A stretch of 40,000 nt of DNA from Bacillus sp. AFS098217 (GTDB lineage: Bacteria > Bacillota > Bacilli > Bacillales > Bacillaceae_G): contig NZ_NVPR01000004.1 of the NCBI RefSeq assembly GCF_002551815.1, positions 3,166 through 43,165 on the forward strand, in the 5' to 3' direction. The position numbers and the translations under genes are program-made. Each line of letters begins with the position of its first letter. The stretch's first letter is position 1. Below the pieces are notes generated by a model. That model worked only from the letters and a program-made list of their open reading frames with translations, did no database searches and was not told where the DNA came from. Of this stretch, positions 17,747-26,763 are shown in pieces.

Positions 17747-18220
17747 TTGGACAAATTAAATACTGTGGTTGAAGATTTATTAAAAGAAATTGATACAGAT
17801 TTTCGAGTTATAAAAACGTATATTAAAACGGTAGAAGGACTTTTAGAACAACAAGAAAATAAAGTCAGAGAAACTGCAACAACACTTTTACCTGTAATGC
17901 GTAAGATACAATCTAATATGTTTAATTTTATATCACAAGATGAGCGTTGGGTAACAAGAAAAGGTCCGATTTTGAAGTATAATGATAGTAAAAATTCGCT
18001 ATATATATTTTCAATAGAGAATGAGGGACCAATTATTTTGAATCTGGATACAGAACGAGAAACAATAATTAGTTATGATAAATTACTTAAGGAAGTTGAA
18101 TTTAATACAGTTATGGAAAGTCTTCTTTCAGTAGTTTCATATACTGGAGCATTGCATAAAAAATATCAAGGTATAATCGATAAGCGTGAAACAGAGTTGG
18201 TTAAATATCGAAATTTATAA
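17747..18220 (+). CDS. Hypothetical protein (about 157 aa) beside hicAB
   Basis: GAAGGAG is correctly spaced for the TTG at 17747; the ORF-track ATG at 17738 abuts the RBS. Confidence 0.6.
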   Translation: MDKLNTVVEDLLKEIDTDFRVIKTYIKTVEGLLEQQENKVRETATTLLPVMRKIQSNMFNFISQDERWVTRKGPILKYNDSKNSLYIFSIENEGPIILNLDTERETIISYDKLLKEVEFNTVMESLLSVVSYTGALHKKYQGIIDKRETELVKYRNL

Positions 18221-18249
18221 TCAATAAAAAGAGGACGCTCATGGCGTCC

Positions 18250-18780
18250 TTAATCATTATCCTTAAGATATCTATAGTATTCAGCATATTCACCTTTATG
18301 GTCATTATTATTTGCTTTTGTTTCATAGTCTTTATCATAAGGTAATTTTATATTTAACTGTTCTCTTAATGCATCTTGCAAGACTTGTGAAAAGTTTATA
18401 TTTTTTTGTACAGCTGCTTCATTTAACCATTGAGGTATAGTTAATGTTTTCTTTATAGCTTTATTATTTATAGCTTTTCTATATAAAGGCATATGGACTT
18501 CAATTTGTACCATTACTTTTTTAGAGATATCTTCATATAATTCTTTATCTAAAACAATTTGTTCTGGTGAAGTGGCTTCTGGTATTTCCATATTGTCCAA
18601 CTCTTTAAAATGTAGAATCGTTCCTAAAATCTCTTTTGCATTTTTTAAAGCTTCTTGGAAAGTATCTCCTTGTGTATGGCAACCTAGTATATCGGGAAAT
18701 GAAACGCTCCATGAAGTTTCATCTGGATATTGCTCTAAGATCGCCGTGAAACTGTAAAAGTCTTTGTAATTGTTTTTCAT
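18250..18780 (-). CDS. hicB: HicB-family antitoxin
   Basis: 176 aa; WSVSFPDILGCHTQGDTFQEALKNAKEILG plus C-terminal IPQWLNEAAVQKNINFSQVLQDALREQL (RHH-like). Confidence 0.9.
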   Translation of the reverse strand: MKNNYKDFYSFTAILEQYPDETSWSVSFPDILGCHTQGDTFQEALKNAKEILGTILHFKELDNMEIPEATSPEQIVLDKELYEDISKKVMVQIEVHMPLYRKAINNKAIKKTLTIPQWLNEAAVQKNINFSQVLQDALREQLNIKLPYDKDYETKANNNDHKGEYAEYYRYLKDND

Positions 18781-18864
18781 AATGTAACCACCTTTTTAAT
18801 TTGTTTATTTTTAATTGATTTTTGGTTATATTAGTATCATACAGTTTTTAGAAAAGCAGAGGGG

Positions 18865-19068
18865 TTAAAACCCCTTTATCTGCTTTACAATTTTATGAGC
18901 GGTTCCAGTTGCAACATCTTTGACGGGATGAGGTATCGAAATGTGATACGGTGCTTCTGGTTTGGTGAAGATTACATGGTCACCTTTACCGCGCTTTTTA
19001 CTTGGCTGACGTTCCCAATGGTGTTCTTCAGCCATTTTTATTAATTGTTTAGAACTGTATGACGGCAA
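18865..19068 (-). CDS. hicA: HicA-family mRNA interferase toxin
   Basis: 67 aa; SSKQLIKMAEEHHWERQPSKKRGKGDHVIFTKP...ISIPHPVKDVATGTAHKIVKQI; TTG start with upstream GGAG. Confidence 0.9.
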   Translation of the reverse strand: MPSYSSKQLIKMAEEHHWERQPSKKRGKGDHVIFTKPEAPYHISIPHPVKDVATGTAHKIVKQIKGF

Positions 19069-19127
19069 TTTCTTTTCTCCTTTCTTATGTATTCCGTTTC
19101 GTGTTCACCTCCTTAACGGTATATCTT

Positions 19128-19156
19128 ATTATAACACGTATTTTTTATACGTGCAA
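19128..19156 (-). promoter_or_regulatory. hicAB promoter
   Basis: Minus strand TTGCAC (19156-19151), N17, TATAAT (19133-19128). Confidence 0.88.
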
Positions 19157-19193
19157 TATAACATGTGTAATTCATACGTATTTTTTTGTACGT
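19135..19193. promoter_or_regulatory. Candidate hicAB operator repeats
   Basis: Perfect 7-bp inverted repeat CACGTAT-ttttt-ATACGTG (19135-19153) across the promoter spacer; second ACGTA-N8-TACGT (19176-19193); ACATGT palindrome between. Confidence 0.65.
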
Positions 19194-19272
19194 TTTTTTA
19201 ATTTAATAAGGATATTATCAAGCATCCATTTGGGTGCTTTTTATTATGTAAAAATTATATAGGTGGTGTAAG

Positions 19273-19419
19273 ATGACTAAATTGAATTTTAACAAAGCGA
19301 TACTATTATTCAATAAGTCGTACAACGGATTTCAATTTAAAGAATCAGAGTTAAAAGATGGGGAATTAAAAGAATGGGCAAAGGAAAATAGTTTGTTAAA
19401 GGAGAGTGACCAGAAATGA
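19273..19419 (+). CDS. 48-aa hypothetical phage protein
   Basis: RBS AGGTGG; MTKLNFNKAILLFNKSYNGFQFKESELKDGELKEWAKENSLLKESDQK; below the ORF-track cutoff. Confidence 0.55.
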   Translation: MTKLNFNKAILLFNKSYNGFQFKESELKDGELKEWAKENSLLKESDQK

Positions 19420-19500
19420 TTACTGAAATTCGAAAGACTGTATCGGGTATTGAGTATTAGACTTGTTTAGAAGATATCTCGTTGGATTAGTGGTGAAATA

Positions 19501-19833
19501 ATGGCAAAGGAATATGCAAAGAAGTTTTATAGGTCTAAGGTATGGCAGAAGTGTAGAGCGGCATACGTGCAGTCTGTCTTTGGTTTGTGTGAACGTTGTG
19601 AGAGTCCGGGGAAAATAGTACATCATAAGGAATACATCACGCCATCTAACATTAATAATCCAGACATCACACTGAATCATGATAACCTCGAACTACTATG
19701 TCAAGACTGTCATAACAAGGAACACTTCGAGAAGTATTCACCGCTTCGTGAGGGATTAAGGTTTGATGATGATGGGAATTTGATTCAAATAAATATTAGA
19801 GAAAATAAAAAATGTTTTTTAAATATTTTTTAA
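19501..19833 (+). CDS. HNH endonuclease (packaging-associated)
   Basis: 110 aa; CERCESPGKIVHHKEYITPSNINNPDITLNHDNLELLCQDCHNKEH, directly upstream of terS/terL. Confidence 0.92.
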   Translation: MAKEYAKKFYRSKVWQKCRAAYVQSVFGLCERCESPGKIVHHKEYITPSNINNPDITLNHDNLELLCQDCHNKEHFEKYSPLREGLRFDDDGNLIQINIRENKKCFLNIF

Positions 19834-19844
19834 AAAATCCAATC

Positions 19845-19935
19845 CCCCCCTGAAAAAAATTAAAAATAAAATTTCGGTAGACCGTATGCCCCCATTCAAA
19901 AAACACATGGGTCGCACGCGTGGGGGGTGTGGTCA
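19845..19935 (+). other. Candidate cos region
   Basis: Non-coding gap between HNH and terS with CCCCCCC, GCCCCC and ACGCGTGGGGGGTGTGG elements, which contrast with the AT-rich surroundings. Confidence 0.45.
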
Positions 19936-19953
19936 TGAAAGGAGTGATTATTT

Positions 19954-20316
19954 ATGAGCGATAGTCAAGATATAGAAAAAGAAAAAAGAATAAAGCGCGA
20001 AATGACAAGATTAAATAGCCTATTGAGGAATTTAGAACCTAAGAAAAAAAGAGCGGTATCTTCCCTCATAAAGAACGCTGCTTTTATGGCCATCACTTTA
20101 GAAGATTTACAAGAGGAAATTAATGAGAAAGGTGTTACGGAACAATATCAAAATGGAGCAAATCAGTTTGGGATTAAGAAATCATCGGCAGTAGAAGTAT
20201 ATAACACCATGATTAAAAATCATGTTCAAGTTATGAAACAACTAACAGATTTATTACCAAAAGAACCGCCTAATTCGGAAAGTGATGGGTTCGAAGAATT
20301 TGTGAATAGCAAATGA
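19954..20316 (+). CDS. terS: Terminase small subunit (P27-like)
   Basis: 120 aa; position between HNH and terL; overlaps the terL start. Confidence 0.85.
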   Translation: MSDSQDIEKEKRIKREMTRLNSLLRNLEPKKKRAVSSLIKNAAFMAITLEDLQEEINEKGVTEQYQNGANQFGIKKSSAVEVYNTMIKNHVQVMKQLTDLLPKEPPNSESDGFEEFVNSK

Positions 20317-22013
20317 GTAAAAGGGAAAGAAAACAATATCCTTTAACTTATAATCCCATCATTGAATATTACAATAAGATTGAATCTGGCGAGGAAATTG
20401 TATCTAATAAGGTTAGGCGGATTTATAAGAAACTTGTTGAGGATATTCATGATACGTCTTCAGAGTATGAATATGATGCTAAAAAGGCCAATCATATTAT
20501 TGAATTTATTGAGAACTTTTGCAAACATTCAAAAGGTAAATGGGGCGGTAAACCTATTGAATTGGAAATTTGGCAAAAGGCTTTTTTAGCGGCAGCGTTC
20601 GGTTTTGTGCACAAAATTGATGGGACAAGAAAACATAGGGAAATCCTTTTAATTGTTGCACGTAAAAACGGGAAATCTACCATAGCATCGGGTATTGGTT
20701 TGTACTTACAAGTTGCTGATGGAGAACCAGGTGCGGAAGTATATGCTGTAGCAACAAAGTTAGATCAAGCTAAGTTGGTTTGGCTTGATGCTAAAAGAAT
20801 GGTGAAGAAATCACCAGTATTATTAAAACGGATTAAGCCACTTGTCCGTGAATTGAATGCAGATTTTAATGACAGTACATTCAAACCATTGGGAAGCGAT
20901 TCTGAAACATTGGATGGTCTAAACGTACACGGTGCAATGATGGATGAAATTCACGCTTGGAAAGATAAAAATTTGTACGATGTTATTGTGGACGGTACAT
21001 CATCACGCGAACAGCCAATGATTTTCATGATTACTACAGCTGGAACAATTCGTGAATCTGTATATGACATGAAATATGAAGAAGCAGAGATGATACTTAA
21101 CGGTATTGATGATCCGGAAGGTTATAAAGATGACCGCTTTTTACCAATTATCTATGAATTAGATAAACGAGAAGAGTGGATTGACCCATCAAAGTGGAAA
21201 AAAGCAAACCCTGGGCTGGGAACTATAAAAAAGACAGATCAATTAGAGACAAAAGTTAATAAGGCAAAAGCAAATCCATTATTAGTGAAAAACTTGTTAA
21301 CGAAAGATTTTAATATTCGGGAAACATCAACGGAAGCATGGTTGACTTTTGAACAATTAAATAATCCAGAGAAATTTAATATTGAAGAATTAAAGCCTTC
21401 ATACGGTATTGGTGGTTGTGATTTATCAGCAACAACTGATTTAACCGCAGCGAAGGTTATTTTTATGGTTCCAGATGACCCGCATATATACGTTAAACAA
21501 ATGTATTGGCTTCCTGAAGATTTACTTGAGCAGAGAAGTAAAGAAGATAAAATCCCTTATGACTTATGGTATCAACAAGAATTACTGAGAACTACACCTG
21601 GTAATTCTGTTCACTACAAATTTGTTACTGAATGGTTCTTAGAGATAAGAGATAAATATGGTATCTATCTTCCATGGATTGGATATGATAGGTGGTCGGC
21701 AAAATATTGGGTCGAAGAAATGGAAGGATACTTTGGTAAAGAAGCAATGATTCCAATTGCACAAGGTAAACAAACGCTTTCTAGTCCTATGAAGTTATTA
21801 GGAGCAGACTTAGAGTCGAAATTAGTGAATTACAATAATAATAGTATTGATAAGTGGTGTCTTTCTAATACAGCCATTGATATTGATAAAAACCTTAATA
21901 TACAGCCTAACAAAACGAATAATCAACGTAGAAGGATTGACGGAACCGCAGCTCTTTTAAATGCATATGTGGTACTTCAAGAGAAACGTAATGATTACTT
22001 AAATATGATTTGA
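20313..22013 (+). CDS. terL: Terminase large subunit
   Basis: 566 aa; Walker-A-like VARKNGKSTIASGIGLYL, DEIHAWKDKNLYD, ATTDLTAAKVIFMVP nuclease region. Confidence 0.96.
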   Translation: MSKRERKQYPLTYNPIIEYYNKIESGEEIVSNKVRRIYKKLVEDIHDTSSEYEYDAKKANHIIEFIENFCKHSKGKWGGKPIELEIWQKAFLAAAFGFVHKIDGTRKHREILLIVARKNGKSTIASGIGLYLQVADGEPGAEVYAVATKLDQAKLVWLDAKRMVKKSPVLLKRIKPLVRELNADFNDSTFKPLGSDSETLDGLNVHGAMMDEIHAWKDKNLYDVIVDGTSSREQPMIFMITTAGTIRESVYDMKYEEAEMILNGIDDPEGYKDDRFLPIIYELDKREEWIDPSKWKKANPGLGTIKKTDQLETKVNKAKANPLLVKNLLTKDFNIRETSTEAWLTFEQLNNPEKFNIEELKPSYGIGGCDLSATTDLTAAKVIFMVPDDPHIYVKQMYWLPEDLLEQRSKEDKIPYDLWYQQELLRTTPGNSVHYKFVTEWFLEIRDKYGIYLPWIGYDRWSAKYWVEEMEGYFGKEAMIPIAQGKQTLSSPMKLLGADLESKLVNYNNNSIDKWCLSNTAIDIDKNLNIQPNKTNNQRRRIDGTAALLNAYVVLQEKRNDYLNMI

Positions 22014-22026
22014 GGGAGGTGAGAAA

Positions 22027-23250
22027 TTGGGGTTATTTAACAAGATATTCGGTAAGAAACAACCACCTACTACAACTCGTTTTGAAATGATAAACGATAA
22101 TGGAGGGGGCTTTTTTTCGTGGAATGGAGATATCTATCAGAGTGATATTATCAGAGCTTGTATACGTCCGAAAGCAAAGGCTGTTGGAAAATTAGTCGCT
22201 AAACATATAAGGGATAATGCAAATGAATTTAAAGTGAATCCTGAGCCATATATCAGATTTATTTTAGAAGAGCCGAACCCATTAATGACAGGTCAAATAT
22301 TTCAAGAAAAAATGACCGTGCAATTAGAGTTGAATCATAACGCATTCGCTTATATTAAGCGTGATGAACTCGGTTTTCCAACTGAAATTTATCCTATACC
22401 ATGTGTAACTGTAGAAGTTGTAGAAGGAATACAAGGCGATATTTTTCTAACTTTTTATTTTAAAAATGGTAAGAGAATGACTGTTCCATATGTCGATATT
22501 ATCCATCTTAGAAAAGATTTCAATGAAGACGATTTTTTTGGTGAACATCCAGGCAAAGCATTATCTTCATTAATGGACATTGTTACAACTACTGATCAAG
22601 GAATTGTAAAAGCAATTAAAAATAGTGCAGTGGTGAAATGGATATTAAAATTTAAATCTGTTTTAAAGCAAGAGGACATTGATACACAGGTTCAAAATTT
22701 TATTAAAAATTACTTGAGTATTGATAATGTTAACGGTGGCGCAGCTTCATCTGATCCGCGTTATGATTTAGAACAGGTTAAACCAGAAGCGTTTGTTCCA
22801 GATTCCAAACAAATGCAAGAAACAACACAAAGGATTTATAACTTCTTTAATATAAACGAAAAAATTATACAAAGTAAGTATACAGAGGATGAATGGAATG
22901 CTTACTATGAATCTGAAATCGAGCCATTAGCAATGCAGCTTGCTGGAGAATTTACCAGGAAGCTTTTTTCACGTCGCGAACGTGGTTTTGGTAACAAAAT
23001 TATTTTTGAAGCGGCAAGCCTTCAATACGCTTCTATGTCAACAAAAATGAATTTAGTTCAAATGGTTGATAGAGGAGCAATGACACCAAATGAATGGCGT
23101 TCCATTCTTTCATTGGGCCCGATTGAAGGCGGAGATAAACCAATTCGAAGACTAGATACAGCGTTAGTTAAAGATGGAAAGGTAACTGATAAAGGAGGTG
23201 GGGACAATGGACAAGACGGAAACAAGGGAAATAGTGTCGCAGAAGATTGA
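22027..23250 (+). CDS. HK97-family portal protein
   Basis: 407 aa; GGFFSWNGDIYQSDIIRACIRPKAKAVGKL...; TTG start with RBS GGGAGGTGAG. Confidence 0.93.
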   Translation: MGLFNKIFGKKQPPTTTRFEMINDNGGGFFSWNGDIYQSDIIRACIRPKAKAVGKLVAKHIRDNANEFKVNPEPYIRFILEEPNPLMTGQIFQEKMTVQLELNHNAFAYIKRDELGFPTEIYPIPCVTVEVVEGIQGDIFLTFYFKNGKRMTVPYVDIIHLRKDFNEDDFFGEHPGKALSSLMDIVTTTDQGIVKAIKNSAVVKWILKFKSVLKQEDIDTQVQNFIKNYLSIDNVNGGAASSDPRYDLEQVKPEAFVPDSKQMQETTQRIYNFFNINEKIIQSKYTEDEWNAYYESEIEPLAMQLAGEFTRKLFSRRERGFGNKIIFEAASLQYASMSTKMNLVQMVDRGAMTPNEWRSILSLGPIEGGDKPIRRLDTALVKDGKVTDKGGGDNGQDGNKGNSVAED

Positions 23251-23791
23251 AATTAGAGAAGATGACAACGGAAATCGGACACTTATAGGATATGCAGTAA
23301 AGTGGGAAAAGAAATCTGTAGTCATGGGATATTACCGTAAATTTCGTGAGCAATTCAAAAATGGAGCGTTTACAGAAACGTTGCAAAACGATGACCAACG
23401 TTTCTTATGGTCTCACGATACCTCTAAAGTGTTAGGAAGAACAAAGAATAATACTTTACGTTTAAGTGAGGATGCTGTAGGTTTACGCTTTGAATTAGAT
23501 TTACCGAATACAACTTTAGGGAATGACACTTACGAATCTATCAAACGTGGTGATGTAGATGGTGTTTCATTTGGATTTAGCATGATAAGTGAAGAAATCC
23601 AAGAGCCAGATGATGATCTTATGCTACGAACTGTTACAAAAGCGAAATTATTAGAAGTTAGTGCAGTAGCTTTTCCAGCATACCCAGATTCAGAAGTAAG
23701 TGCTAGGGGATATGATCCTTATAAACATTTTGCAGAAGAAAAGAAGCGCTCGGAAAAACGTAAAAGACTATATTTACAAACATTATTATAA
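23207..23791 (+). CDS. HK97-family prohead protease
   Basis: MDKTETREIVSQKIEIREDDNGNRTLIGYAVKWEKKSVVMGYYRKFREQFKNGAF...; ATG at 23207 after AAAGGAGGTGGGG. Confidence 0.93.
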   Translation: MDKTETREIVSQKIEIREDDNGNRTLIGYAVKWEKKSVVMGYYRKFREQFKNGAFTETLQNDDQRFLWSHDTSKVLGRTKNNTLRLSEDAVGLRFELDLPNTTLGNDTYESIKRGDVDGVSFGFSMISEEIQEPDDDLMLRTVTKAKLLEVSAVAFPAYPDSEVSARGYDPYKHFAEEKKRSEKRKRLYLQTLL

Positions 23792-23806
23792 AAGGTGGTC
23801 ATTAAC

Positions 23807-24991
23807 ATGAATAAAGAACAATTATTAAAACGTAAATCTGAAATTGGTGAATTATTAAGTGATGAAACTCGTTCTATTGATAACCTTGATGCGATTGAAA
23901 AAGAGTTACGAGACATTAATGAGCAGTTGGCTGCAATTGAAAAACGTGAACAGCTTTTAAATGAAGCACGCTCTATTAATGAAGGAAATGCAGCTGGCAC
24001 TAATAAAATTGAAACATTTAATACTGATCCATCAAATGAGCAACGTGAACTTGGTACGAATTCAGTTGAATATCGTAATGCTTTTATGAATTACGTATTA
24101 CGTGGTGAAACAATTCCAGCTGAACTACGTGCAAATGCTGTCACGAAAACAAGTGATATTGGTTCTGTTATCCCACAAACGGTATTAGATAAAATTATTG
24201 AAAAGATTGAAGCTGTAGGAATGATTCTACCTTTAATTACTCGTACAGCTATTAAAGGTGGCGTGACAGTACCAACTTCAGCAGTTAAACCAATTGCAAC
24301 ATGGGTCGCTGAAGGTTCTGGAAGTGATAAACAAAAGAAAACTACAGGAAGTATTACTTTTAACTATCATAAATTACGTTGTGCTGTAGCAGTTTCTCTT
24401 GAAGTAGATACAATGTCTCTAGCAGTGTTTGAAACAACATTAATTAATAACATTGTGGAAGCTATGACAAAAGCTATTGAACAGGCCATTGTTAGCGGTG
24501 ATGGATCTGGAAAACCAAAAGGAATTCTAGCAGAAACATCTATTGAGGGACAAGCGTTAGATGTTGCGAAAATCAATTACAAAACTTTAACAGATGCAGA
24601 AGCAGCTTTACCACTTGAATATGAAGCAAGCGCTGTTTGGACAATGACTAAAAAGACATTTATGCAATTTGCAGCAATGACGGATGATAATGGTCAACCA
24701 ATTGCACGAGTAAACTACGGTATTTCTGGAAAGCCTGAACGTATTTTACTAGGACGTCCAGTTGTTGTATGCAATTACGTTGAAAGTTTTGCAACAGCTA
24801 CTGAAGGAACTCCATTTGCTTTCTTATTTAATTACAAAGATTATGTTCTTAATACGAACTATCAGATGGGTGTTAAGAAATATGAAGATAACGAGACTGA
24901 TGATCTTGTTACAAAAGGAATTATGATTGTGGATGGTAAAGTTGTAGATAAAAACTCTTTAGTTGTTTTAAAAAAAGCTCCAGCAGCTTGA
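23807..24991 (+). CDS. HK97-family major capsid protein with N-terminal scaffold-like coiled coil
   Basis: Begins MNKEQLLKRKSEIGELLSDE...; capsid region SDIGSVIPQTVLDKIIEKIEAVGMILPLI. Confidence 0.95.
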   Translation: MNKEQLLKRKSEIGELLSDETRSIDNLDAIEKELRDINEQLAAIEKREQLLNEARSINEGNAAGTNKIETFNTDPSNEQRELGTNSVEYRNAFMNYVLRGETIPAELRANAVTKTSDIGSVIPQTVLDKIIEKIEAVGMILPLITRTAIKGGVTVPTSAVKPIATWVAEGSGSDKQKKTTGSITFNYHKLRCAVAVSLEVDTMSLAVFETTLINNIVEAMTKAIEQAIVSGDGSGKPKGILAETSIEGQALDVAKINYKTLTDAEAALPLEYEASAVWTMTKKTFMQFAAMTDDNGQPIARVNYGISGKPERILLGRPVVVCNYVESFATATEGTPFAFLFNYKDYVLNTNYQMGVKKYEDNETDDLVTKGIMIVDGKVVDKNSLVVLKKAPAA

Positions 24992-25006
24992 TAAAGGAGT
25001 GATACA

Positions 25007-25270
25007 ATGAATCATTTAGTCTTGAATGCTTTCATTGATAAAGAAACAAAAGTTGGATATTCACAGGGCGATATGTACGAGTCAACTGATTCAGAGCGTA
25101 TTGCCTTTTTAAATAAAGAAGGATATATTTCTGAATCTACACCATCAGATGAAGTTAGCTTAACCAATCTTAAAATAAAAGCAAAGACCCTTAAGGTTAA
25201 AGGTTACACGAAAATGGAAAAAGATGAATTAATACAAGCGATAGAAGCAATTGAAAAAGCAGGTGATTAA
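25007..25270 (+). CDS. Phage head protein with HeH/LEM- or Rho-N-like C-terminal motif
   Basis: 87 aa; NLKIKAKTLKVKGYTKMEKDELIQAIEAI; syntenic. Confidence 0.7.
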   Translation: MNHLVLNAFIDKETKVGYSQGDMYESTDSERIAFLNKEGYISESTPSDEVSLTNLKIKAKTLKVKGYTKMEKDELIQAIEAIEKAGD

Positions 25271-25271
25271 A

Positions 25272-25571
25272 ATGGTGGTTGAAATGACTTTACTCGAACG
25301 AGTCAAAAATGCGATGCGGGTTGATGGTACGGACCATGATGATGAGCTACAAGGGTTAATCGATACAGCAAAAGCCCTATTGAAAGAAGTAGGTGTTTTG
25401 GAAAAAAAAATCACCGATACTGATCCACTTATACGAAAAGCAGTTATCACTTACTGTAAGGCGGAGTTTGGTACAGATGCAAAAGATGGTGAACGGTTCG
25501 CTTGGTCATTTGAAGAAATGAAGAAATTGTTATCATTGTTGCAGTCTTATACGGCGGAGGACACAGTATGA
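25272..25571 (+). CDS. Head-tail connector (gp6-like)
   Basis: MVVEMTLLERVKNAMRVDGTDHDDELQGLIDTAKALLKEVGV...; ATG at 25272 follows the upstream stop. Confidence 0.85.
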   Translation: MVVEMTLLERVKNAMRVDGTDHDDELQGLIDTAKALLKEVGVLEKKITDTDPLIRKAVITYCKAEFGTDAKDGERFAWSFEEMKKLLSLLQSYTAEDTV

Positions 25572-25894
25572 GTTTGGATATGCGTCATCGTATTGACATT
25601 TACTCCAATATAAAGGTAACCAATGAGCTAAATGAAAAAGATTGTGAATGGATCAAGATTAAATCAGTTTGGGCAGCTATTATTCCACAAACTGGACATC
25701 TTCAAAAACAAGTAGCTGAGACGATTTTGACACATGTTACTCATAAAATTATAGTTCGTTATGAATCTGGTAAAGATATTACCAAAGATATGAAGATTAA
25801 ATTTAATGGTAACCAGTTTGAAATTAAATATATTCTCAACCCTTATTTTAAAAATGAAACGCTAGAAATTTTCTGTCAGGAGTTGATGGAATAA
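25568..25894 (+). CDS. Phage head closure / head-tail adaptor
   Basis: 108 aa; MRHRIDIYSNIKVTNELNEKDCEWIKIKSVWAAIIPQTG. Confidence 0.85.
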   Translation: MSLDMRHRIDIYSNIKVTNELNEKDCEWIKIKSVWAAIIPQTGHLQKQVAETILTHVTHKIIVRYESGKDITKDMKIKFNGNQFEIKYILNPYFKNETLEIFCQELME

Positions 25895-26313
25895 TGGAGA
25901 TTCATGGGCTAACAGAATTCCAGAGAGATTTACTAGCGGTTGCTGAAGTTAAGTTTCCAAAAGAAAGTAAAAAAATCATGCGTAAAATTGGTAGTAAAGC
26001 AAGAACTCAAGTTGCAAGAAAAGCAAGAATGGATATAAAAAAAATCACTGGTAATTACCATAAAAAATGGAAACGTGGCAAGGTTTTTAAAGGTCGTGGC
26101 GGTGGTTTAGTTGTTCGAGTTATTAATTCCAGTCCGCATGCCCACTTAATTGAAAATGGCCACCGTCAAGTTACAAAAAGCGGTCAAGAAGCTGGATTTG
26201 TCCCAGGGAAAAAGGTTCTTGATAGAGGGATGTTAGAATTTGAAGCAAGTGGAAAAATGGATGCGATGCTTTCAGTATGGTTGGATGATTTATTGGATAG
26301 TGGTCGATTATGA
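25894..26313 (+). CDS. HK97 gp10-family protein
   Basis: 139 aa; GNYHKKWKRGKVFKGRGGGLVVRVINSSPHAHLIENGHRQV. Confidence 0.88.
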   Translation: MEIHGLTEFQRDLLAVAEVKFPKESKKIMRKIGSKARTQVARKARMDIKKITGNYHKKWKRGKVFKGRGGGLVVRVINSSPHAHLIENGHRQVTKSGQEAGFVPGKKVLDRGMLEFEASGKMDAMLSVWLDDLLDSGRL

Positions 26314-26759
26314 TTACTTACAAGGATATTAAAAAGGCAATTAATAGCTTATTAACAAAAGAGTTTGCTATCGATATAAACAGTAATGATGTCAAAGAAG
26401 GCTTTGCTAGGCCTTCTTTTTTCGTGCAATTTGAGAACAGTAATCGTTCGGGTAATGAAAGCCAGGTGTACAAATCATTAACTGTTCAAATTTATTACTT
26501 CCCTTCTGATCGTCATAATTACTCAATCGAAGTAATGGAAGTACAAGAACAATTAGAGAATCTATTTGATTTGAAATTAAAAGTTCTTGATCGATTTTTT
26601 AACATCGATAACACAAGTGCAACAACAACTGACGGTGTTTTAAGCTTCTCATTCGATATCGCATTTTACGAAGGTCGAGAATTTGAATACAACACCACTG
26701 GTGTGGATTACCCAGTGGAACCAATGGAAGAATTAGATTTTGAAAAAGCGAAGGAGTGA
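26310..26759 (+). CDS. Phage tail terminator-like protein
   Basis: 149 aa; position between the gp10-like gene and the sheath gene. Confidence 0.75.
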   Translation: MITYKDIKKAINSLLTKEFAIDINSNDVKEGFARPSFFVQFENSNRSGNESQVYKSLTVQIYYFPSDRHNYSIEVMEVQEQLENLFDLKLKVLDRFFNIDNTSATTTDGVLSFSFDIAFYEGREFEYNTTGVDYPVEPMEELDFEKAKE

Positions 26760-26763
26760 TTTT

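Noticed and set aside
17539-17754. 71-aa minus-strand ORF across the structured intergenic region
   Set aside because: Passes through both hairpin arms and the terminator; the pairing argues for RNA structure instead. Kept only as a weak alternative to the sRNA idea.
19059-19262. 67-aa plus-strand hydrophobic ORF
   Set aside because: Occupies the hicAB promoter/operator region and is AT-rich; no RBS.
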